Source of the DNA: Malacoraja senta
Taxonomy: Eukaryota
Reading direction: 5' to 3'
DNA: 64,000 bases
Assembly: GCA_038087875.1 (NCBI GenBank)
Contig: CM075989.1
Span: forward strand, 9,116,001 to 9,180,000
Shown: positions 48,801 through 58,900 of the stretch, piece after piece
How positions within the stretch are numbered: position 1 is the first letter of the stretch
Layout: each line of letters opens with the position of its first letter
The notes under the pieces: generated by a model
What the model was told of the DNA's origin: nothing
The model's database searches: none
Seen by the model: only the letters and a program-made list of their open reading frames with translations
Program-made: the position numbers and the translations under genes

Positions 48801-51800
48801 AGATGTGCTGTGAAATGATTTGCCCGAATACGATGCAAAACCAAGGTTTTCAAAGTATCTTGACAATAATAAACCAATACTAATACTCATATTGTGCAGG
48901 GCAGTTTAACTGACACAACATGCTCTGTACACTACAGCAGGTTATCTTGTCTCTCCATTTCTCCACCTGCCTCCATTCATCACCTGTTTAATCTACACTC
49001 CCAATGTTTCCTTCGCCATGACATCTCTCTCTGCCTGGTTATATTTCCCAAAAGTATTTTGGGATATTATTTGGTAAAAAAACCCGTTAGTTGCTGGCAG
49101 AACTGCTGCCTCCCAACACCAGAGACCTGATCACGGATGCTTTCTGTGTGGAGTTTGCACGTACTCCCCGTAACTGCATGGGTTTCCTCCGGGTGCTCTG
49201 ATTTCTTCCCACATCCCAAAGACGTGCGGGTTTGTAGGTTAATTGGCCTCTGTAAATTGCCCCCCTGTGTGTCGGGAGTGGATGGGGAAAATGGGATAAC
49301 ATAGAATTACTGTGAAGGTGGTCGGCATTGACTAGGTGGGCCGAAAGGCCTGTTTCCATGCTGTTTATCTAAACTAAACAGAACTCCAGTTGTAGTAGTT
49401 ACTTTTCGCTCAAATATTAGCAAACCCACAATGTTTTCCAACTGTTAATTATTTCACACATGAGAGAATTGTTTCCTATTATATTATTTTTGTCGCAGTC
49501 TTGTCAGTTTTCTATGGAAGTTGTGTGCAGGGAAACGTCAGGCTTCGTCCCACTGCACTGACAGTAGCGGTGTCACATCCCAGGGACTCCCTTTGGTCTG
49601 CAGGGAATCTGTACCTGAATCTCTTCTGCGTGCAGTATCTGCTGCTCTTTAACAAACAACAATCTGAATCACGCAAGTGGCATTAAAGGAGGTTACTTCA
49701 GTGGTTGTGTAACCCGATGGATTTATTCCACTGGTATACCACACTCCTTGCTGTTGGCTGTAAACCTTATTGAAAACTTTGGTTCAGCTCAGATTGGATT
49801 TCACAATCCTTTTTCCTTTAAAAAAATTTAAAAAAACACTGTTAAAAAGGCAACTGAGGAGACAGGGTTAAGGAACTGCACCTGACTGGTGAAAGAAATG
49901 AGCCTTGTGTGGAGAATTTAACTGGTGACAAAATGTGGAGCCAACAGACTGCATCTGATTGGTGAAAGACAGAGATACCACGAGCTAGCTTGGACTGGTT
50001 GGTCAATGAAGATGGGTTTGATTGGTGTGAACCAATGGGACTAGAGTGTTGGATCTGATTGGTCAAAGGGATGGGTCGAGTGTGATGGATCTGATTGGTC
50101 AAAGGGATGGGTCGAGTGTGATGGATCTGATTGGTCAAAGGGATGCGTCGAGTGTGATGGATCTGATTGGTCAAAGGGATGGGTCGAGTGTGATGGATCT
50201 GATTGGTCAAAGGGATGGGTCGAATGTGATGGATCTGATTGGTCAAAGGGATGGATCAGGGTGCTGGATGTGATTGGTTGAAGGCGATGGGTCAGATTGG
50301 TTCATAGATTCATAAATCATAGGAGCAGAATTAGACTATTTGGCTCATCGAGTCATTCAAACATGGCCGATCTATCTTTCCCTCTCAACTCCCTTCTCCT
50401 GCCTTCTCCCCATAACCTTTGACACCATTACTAATCAAGAAACTGTAAATCTGCACTTTAAAATGGCCTCCACAGCCATCTGTGGCAATGAATTCCACAG
50501 ATTCACCACCCTCTGGCTACAGAAATTCCTCATCACCTCTTTTCTAAAGGTGCGTCCTTTTATTCTGAGGCTGTGCCCTCTGGTCCTAGACTCTCCCACC
50601 TAGTCCCCTTGGTGGAAACGGGTGGGTGCAGTAGATTGATGGTCAGGATGAAGTTTCCGCAGTGCATTGGCAAATCATCAAGCTTCAGAATATTGAATAG
50701 CTGAGCCTCTCAATCCGCCCTGTGTGCATTTCATCCTCCATGTTGTGAGACCTTTCTCTTCTCTTGCCCAGTTGTGATGATTTGATGATTTTGTTGGACA
50801 GGAACTCCAGTCCACATCTCTACGACCTGAAATCAGTGGAAGAGCTGGAGGAAAATGGAGAGTTCGACCCTCCATTTAACTTCACCTTCACGGTAAGGCC
50901 ATTTCCATTTATTTTCATGTTCAGTTTGATTGCTTTTTCCCCACGTTCTGCTGAGGACGTGGGGGTCCCACTGGAGAACATTTCCATCGGTGCCAGGAGT
51001 TCCTGATGGTCGCAGTCATCTCCCTGTCCATGGGGGGCGTCATGAACCATTGATTCAAATCTGCTCCTTACCTAACCAGGAGCATGTGTAGGAAGGAACT
51101 GCAGGTGCTGGTTTACACCGAAGAGAGACACAAAATGCCGGAGTAACTCAGCGGACAGGCAGCATCTCTGGATAGAGGGAATGGGTGACGTTTTGGGTCG
51201 AGACCCTTCTTCAGGGGCATGCGTCAGCTAGTGACTGGGAGGAGAACCATCAGCCCACATCAAACTTCTAAAGGTACAATCTTTTATTCTGAGGCTGTGC
51301 TCTCTGGTCCTAGACTCTCCCACCTAGTCCCCTTTATTTGGCAGCCTATATTAACCTGATTCCAGGACTTCTGTGATATGATTCCTCAAGTCTGGCTGAA
51401 AGGTCCAGTTGCAATTAAGACCCTGTGGAACTTACTTCTATCCTTTTACAGACCGATTCTTTCTAGGAAGAAACATCCTTTCCAGGATGTTGGTGGAAGC
51501 ATTAAGGTCATGTTCACATTAATTGATTGCCAGTTAGTAATAAACCAGGGAGCATGGTCTAAATGTCGAAGATAGACACAAAGTGCTGGAGTAACTCCGT
51601 GGGAGAAGGGTCATGACCTGAAATGTCACCCATCCATTTTCTCCAGAGATGCTGCCTGATCCGCTGAGTTACTCCAGCACTTTGTGTCTATCTTCGGTAT
51701 AACCCAACATCTGCAGTTCTTTTCTACGCAAAATTTAAATGTCATTAGTCAGAGAATTTCATGAATTCATTAAGTAATTGTTGGTTACTTAACTGGTAAT

Positions 51801-52931
51801 TAAAGATTGGCATAATTAAAAACGGCAACAAAACTGATTGATATTTAAAAAAAAGCCTAACATTTCACAAATGCCCTTTTTTTGCTCGGGAAATCAGCCG
51901 TCATCACAGTTTGGTTGATATTTGCCTCAGACCCACAGAAGAGTGTTGTTTGGTTCTTAATTGTTCCTTGTAGAGGCTGAGCAAAACACTCAGTAACCCC
52001 GGGTGAAGCATAGACAGGTGGCCACCACCAGCAGGGTGCGCAGCGGTAGAGTTGCTGCTCTTACAGCACCAGGGACCCAGGTTCGATCCTGACTACAGGT
52101 GCTGTCAGTACAGAGTTTGTACGTTCTCTCTGTGACCTGCGTGGGTTTTCTCCGAGGAGCTCTGGTTTCCTCCCACTAGTGTTAGTGTATGGGGATCGCT
52201 GGTCGGCATGGACACGGTGGGCCAAAGGGCTTGTTTCTGCGCTGTATCTCTCTAAACTAAACTAAACCACTGTCTCAAGTCTGTGGAATTGTCTGCCTCA
52301 GAGGGCGGTGGAGGCTGGTTCTCTGGATGCTTTCAAGAGAGAGCTAGATAAGGCTCTTAAAAATAGCGGAGTCAGGGGATATGGGGAGAAGGCAGGAACG
52401 GGGTACTGATTGGGGATGATCAGCCATGATCACATTGAATGGCGGTGCTGGCTCAAAGGGCCGAACGGCCTACTCCTGCACCTATTGTCTATTGTCATTG
52501 AAGGATGGCCAGTGGATGCAGTGATTGCCAGTGATTGCCACATCCCAACCATGAACGCTTAGAAGCGACCAGTTGGTCAATGAGGGACATCCCATGGGTA
52601 TTCCTATTGTAATGCTGGTGCAGAGTCTGCATGCAAAAACCCGGTTAAGAGTGGTTCCTGGTACCCTGATCCTCTCCAGTATCAGAGCAAATCAAAGCTG
52701 GCCAATAAAACAGTAATCTGAACAGACCTTAAACATTTCCTGGCATTTCCCAAATATCATATCTTTCATCTTCAAAGGCTCTTCTCTGCCTCAGAACCAA
52801 GCACAGTTCAGCAATTAGTTCAACCTTCCTAATGACCTGCTGAAGTAGCATTTAAAATAACGACATAGCCCACACACGCAGACACACACACGCAGACACA
52901 CACACACACAGACACAGACACACACACACAC

Positions 52932-52992
<61 letters not shown>

Positions 52993-55900
52993 GGACACAG
53001 GCTCACACACACACATGGACACACACACACACGGACACACACACAGACACACATATGCACACACATGGACACATACACACACGGACACACATACACACAC
53101 ACACACACACACACATGGACATACACACACGGACACACACACAGACACACACACATGGATATGCATAGGGACACACGTGTACAATGCACACATAGATACA
53201 CACACTGATGCACACCTACACGTGAACACACATAGTGGGAAGCATGTTCAAAATTACTGTAGACCCTGCAATCTTTGTGTACAGTCGCAATCTTTAAACC
53301 ATTTCCTGGTGTACGTTGATTAAATAGCTTCTCTTGATATATTGCTTTCTTTCATACTGTTCTAAACAAAAATGCAGTAGACACCGAGTGGAACGGTACA
53401 GTCTTTTGATTTATTTATCTGATTCCACAGTGCATTCATGTTTTACAGTTGCGAGGTCAAATTATTCGCCTTGTCATATTACTAACATAAAGGCAAAAGC
53501 CAGGAATGTTATATTTCGTAGGTCCTGGAAACAGGTGAAGTTAAAATGTGATTCATTTTGCAGCAAATGGGGAATTGCATTGAAAAGAAGCCCTTGTTAA
53601 AACAAAGACTCGCAGAGTTGCACAAACCAAACTGTCCCTCACTGTCCTCTGTGTGAGATGTAGATTTGGTTATGGTATTAGTCATAGACATGGAGTCTTA
53701 CAGCATGGAAACAGGCCCTTCGGCCCAATTTGCCCACACCTGCCAACGTGTCCCATCTACACCAGTGCCATCTGCCAGTCCCGTACACCAGGCCCATATC
53801 CCTCTAAACCTATCGTGCCCATGTGCCTATCTAAATGTTTCTTAAACATTGCAATAGTACCTGCCTCAACTACCTCCGACCGCAGACTCCGACTAAGTAT
53901 TCTTTGACATTATCCCTATGAATCTGGTTTGTAGTAAAGGGAATTGTCTCAAACCCAGTGCAAGAGCAGATTACTATCTATCGATTGGCAGGCACAGTGG
54001 TGACATCTAAAGAGGGCATATGTTATCGATGGGTGTCATCTATTGAGCGCGGCATGTATAGAAGGCAGCACAGTAGCACAGCTGGTAGAGCTGCTGCCTC
54101 ACAGATCCAGAGACATGGGATTGATCCTGACTTTGAGTGCTGTCTGTGTAGAGTTTGCATGTTCCCCCCCTATGACCATGTGGGTTTCCTCTGGGTGCTC
54201 CAGTTTCCTCGCTCATCACAAACATATGTGCGTTTAAAAATAATTGGTTAAAATTGCCCCTAGTGTGTAGGGCGTGGATTGTGGGGTAACACAACTAGTG
54301 TGAAGAGGTGATCGATTGGACTCCTTGGGCCTAAACACCTGTTTCCATGCTGTATTTTTAAAATTTTAAAAACAAAAAGTCTTAACGCCCGATGTCTCAG
54401 ATAATAATAACAGAAACTGTTGGATATACTCAGCAGTTCAGGCAGCAGCTGTACATGGAGATTCAAGAACTGATCTCCGGAGGCACAAGTGATCGCAGAT
54501 GCTGGAATCTTACATAAAGTGCTGGAGTAACTCAGCTTGGTCGGGCAGCATCTGTGGAGGGAATGGACGTTTTAGTCTAAAGAAAGGTCCCGATTCGACA
54601 CGTCGTGTATCCATTCCCCTCTGAGATGCTGCATGACCCATTGAGTTAGTCCACCACTTTGTGTTCCTCTGGTTTGACCAGACTCTGCTGTTTTTACTGC
54701 AGATTTTCAGCATTTGTATCAATTTTAGTCACTGTCTTACAGGGTTAGCAGTTGCTGTATATTTGGCGGCATGTTTGGAATGGAGTGGGAACGTGCGGGT
54801 CAGGGGACTCGGAGAGGTCCTGGTGCACAGTGTTGCAAAAACCTTACCCTGCCTCTGTGGCAGTGTCACCCCAAAGATTTATTTGGAAATTCCAGTCAGG
54901 GTTCCTGTGAGAGAATGTTGGCAGAGTTTCCCAAGCAAATGCACGTGGAAATGAAGACAAACTGGTGCAACATTTCCAACTGATTGTCCCTGTCCAGGAA
55001 TTCACGCAACATATTATGAAAAAATTGAATGGAATTTCCACAGTATATCCCAAGGAACCTGCATGGAAATGTTGGCAAAGTCCCCACCGGTGCTTTGATG
55101 GAAATGTTATAAACGGGGACTGTAGGGATCAGAATGGACTTCGGAGCCAAATAATTCCAGCTTGTTTTGATTAATATTAACTGGACTTAGATCAGAAGTC
55201 ATATTTCATCTGAAGAATTTTAAACTTTCTAAAATCAATGTATTTCAGTAATTGCGATAACAGATTTCTTTATACTGAAGTCACATAATGTGCATTGCAT
55301 CTGGAGGCAATTGTTAACACGAATGGCATTCAGTGAATTTAACCCTGGTGCTTTGTGTGAATTCAAAGAGCTCGGGAGATTATGCTTGGATGAAGTGCGA
55401 CGAGTACAAATGATAGGCTTTGTGTTGCAACCCTCAGCTCCACGAACTCTGCCAACATTACATCTCTGAATGCGAGTCCATTAGTGCCCAAATGTACACA
55501 GCATCTCTCAGGATGTCCCACAATGATTTACAACTCATTAATTTGTTTGGAAGTGCTGTTACTGTTGCAACAGGATTTATTTTTTCCTGCGAAAATAAAA
55601 TTTATTCAGAATTAAAAAATATTCAAAGTATACAATTGTGCAAAAACCCTTCTGGCATTCTCAGCATCTATACATTCATTGCCTATACATATATACATAT
55701 ACAGTTGTATTTGCAACTATCTCTAAACCAGGCACACTTGCCACTCTTGTGGCCCCCTGGCGTGATCTCCCTTCCTCTGTTTGAGGTGTGTCTCCACCAG
55801 ACTCTGCCCCTCAATGTCCCACAGAGCGAGGACCCTGGACTGTGGAAATACAGCAGTCCCAGCAAGATGACACAGCCTGACAATGAAAAGATGAGCAGTA

Positions 55901-58900
55901 TTAGCGTTGGATTTAATATTAGCCACGGCACCTCTCTTCCCTTCTCCAAAAAATGTGCCGAGGCATCCTGTGGGCCTTGGTTTATCATCTCATCCGAAAG
56001 ATGACATATCCGACAACGTTGCATTCCCTCACTACTACTCTGACAGTCTAGATTACCTGATCAGGTAAATTAGGATTATCATGTCCTCAGAATGCATTGC
56101 AACCAGTCATTTACTTCTGAAGTGTTGTCACCCCTTTTTAGACTTTAACACTTCGGACATACAGAACGGAAATGGGCTCTTCGGTCCACCGAGTCCGTAC
56201 TGACCAGCAGTCACCCCATACACTATCACTATCCTACACACCTATCCTAGGCCGAATGGCCTACTCCTGCACCTATTGTCTATTGTCTATTGGGAAGGGG
56301 TCCAGGACATGTCAGGTGCTTTTGCAAGCAGTTAAGCTTCAAGATAATGAAAATGTAGATGGTTTTATGTACGGATGGGACTGGGGCTCCCGGTAACTCT
56401 CATGTGCTTGTGCCCGTTTACGTTGCAGTTGCAGAATCTGGGCCGATTCACCATTGGTCGCCTGGTGATCAGGGTGACCGTTCCCACGACGACCATAGGT
56501 AACAACCGCCTCCTGGTCCTGACCAACAACTCCACTGTTCCGGTGAGTACAGGCACTGAAAGTAAGATTAGGTTAGTTCAGTTTATAGTCGCGTGTACCG
56601 AGGTACAGTGAAAAGCTTTTTGTTGCATGCTATTCAGTCAGCGGAAAGCCTATACATGATTACAAATGAGCCGTCCGGAGTGTACAGATACATGGTAAAG
56701 GGAATGAGGTTTGGTGCAAGATAAAGTCCAGTAGAGTCTTATCAAAGATAGTTTGAGGTTCTCCAATGAGGTGGATGGTAGCTCAGGACCGCACTCTAGT
56801 TGTTGATCGGATGGTTCAGTTGCCTGATAACAGCTGGGAAGAAAGTGTTCCTGAATCTGGCGGTGTGCGTTTTCACACTTCTTCACCTCTTGCCCGATGG
56901 GAAAGGAAGGGGAAGCGTGAGACTCGTCCTTGATTATGATGGTGGCCTTGCCGAGGCAGCGTGAGGTATAAATGGAGTCAATGGAAGGGAGATTGGTTTG
57001 TGTGATGATCTGGGCTGCCTCCATATCTCTCTGCAATTTCATGCGGTTGGGTGCGTTAGGGGGAGGTGCAGGGTGTGTGAGGTAGCGGGGGGGGGGGGTA
57101 CGACACTGGGGGAATTGTTGTGTGGGGTCGGGTGGTTCTTTATGGTGGAGGATTGGTGGGAGAGGTTTGGTGAGAAATGGAGGGACTCCTGGGAGTGGAG
57201 TCCTCGTCATAGAGCGTTGGCTTTCTCCAGGAGCAGGGAGTCCACTTTTGGGAGTGATCTTGCCCGTGATGGCCCCATTCAAGAGAAAGAAATGCAGTGG
57301 TGGTGACTCAGTATTCCAGCACAGAAATATGTCCTTCTTCCCAGAAGGTCCATGTCAGCAACATTGAATCCTCTTTCAATAAGATTAAATGTTGCCTATC
57401 AAGGGAGCATTCTTGATTTTTTTTTGTCTGTGAATGATTTACAAAGTTTCCGTACTTCCTTGGTGTAAGAACTATTTTACTTTTAAGCTGCATTTGGCCT
57501 GACATCAAGATCAATATTCTTATCTGTTGATAGTTTGAAAACATTCGGAAGTTTCCTCTTTTTCAGATGAAGCTAAATGCTTTGTTTTCTGAAGGGATGA
57601 GCAGTATTAGAGCCAGAGTTATATAGCAGGGAAACTTTGGCCCAACTTTGTCCTTGCCGCTCACATTGTCTCACCAAGATAGTGCCACGACCTGCGCCTG
57701 GCCCATCTCCCTCCAAATTTTCCCTCTCCATGTATCTGTCCAAGTATCCTTTAAATGCCATCATTTTAGCCGTTTCTACCACTTTGCAGCTCACTCACTA
57801 TACGGACCCACTGTGTGAAAAAGTCCGATTGAAATTCATCCCCTCTCTAATTTTGAACCTGTGTCCTCTAATTTTAGACTCCTCTACCCTGGAGAAAAAA
57901 ACTGTCGTTATTCATCTTATCAATACCCCTCATAATGTTAAATGCCTGTTTACAGTCATCCTCTGACTCCAATGCTCCAGGGAAACAAGTCCTAGCACGT
58001 CCATTATCTCCTTATACCTGTAACTTAAAGCCTCCAGCCCCAGTGGCATCTTCACAATTCACTGATACACTTTCCCTGCTTCCTTCCAGGGTCAACAAGC
58101 CATTCAACCACCAGGGCAACACACTCTACCATTCCAGTTCTCTCTTGAGATGCATACCCCTGCAGTTGTTGACTATTAGCCTGTGGTGGCCTCACTAAAA
58201 TACAACACTGGAGCAAGGGTTTCCCAGGCTTTCACAGATCATGTTACTCTCTGGATGAAGGGAGCAAGCCAGGGAAACGAGCGAGTGAGTCTGAATATTC
58301 AGCGGGGTGTTGAACCGTTGAAGCGGAGCAGTTTGCATTTTTGTCCTGTAGACCCTCATCCTGGCCGGAGTGGTGAGCTGGAACAGTTGTGTGTGAAGCA
58401 GACCGACACCCTCTCAACCCAACTGGCAATTGGCAAAAGCCGAGCGCATGATACTGCCCAGATCCTTTTCTGGGGATCTCCAACGAGAAGACTGTAAGGT
58501 TGCGCAGTGGAGCAGTGGTAGAGTTGCTGCCTTACAGCGCTTGAGACCCCGGGTTCGATCCTGACTATGGGTGCTGTCTGTACAGAGTTTGTACGTTCTC
58601 CCCGTGACCGCGTGGGTTTTCTCTGGGTGCTCTGGTTTTCTCCCGCACTCCAAAGATGTGCAAGTTTGTGGGTTAATCGGCTTCGATAAAATTGTGAATT
58701 GTCCCTGGCGTGTAGGAAAGTGTCAGTGTACGGGGATCGCTGGTCGGCACGGACTCAGTGGGCCGAAGGGCCTGTTTCCGCGCTGCATCACTAGAGTCTA
58801 AAAAAGACCACAGAGCTTTTGTTACTGGCAGCCATTCAGGGGCAGGAAGTTGACATAGAGACCGTGTCACCTCAACAAGGAGGTAACAGCATTTTGTGCT

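Noticed and set aside
50051..50300. CRISPR-like 36-bp repeats and repeat ORFs ([12 protein letters not shown])n
   Set aside because: Units are contiguous with no unique spacers, there are no cas genes, and the context is a vertebrate intron; it is a minisatellite
52815..53323. Cys/Val- and His/Thr-rich ORFs
   Set aside because: Translations of the CA/TG microsatellite
55420..56004. 194-aa ORF
   Set aside because: No recognisable domain or splice fit; it overlaps what looks like a minus-strand LINE 3' UTR with an AATAAA and A-rich end near 55580-55605
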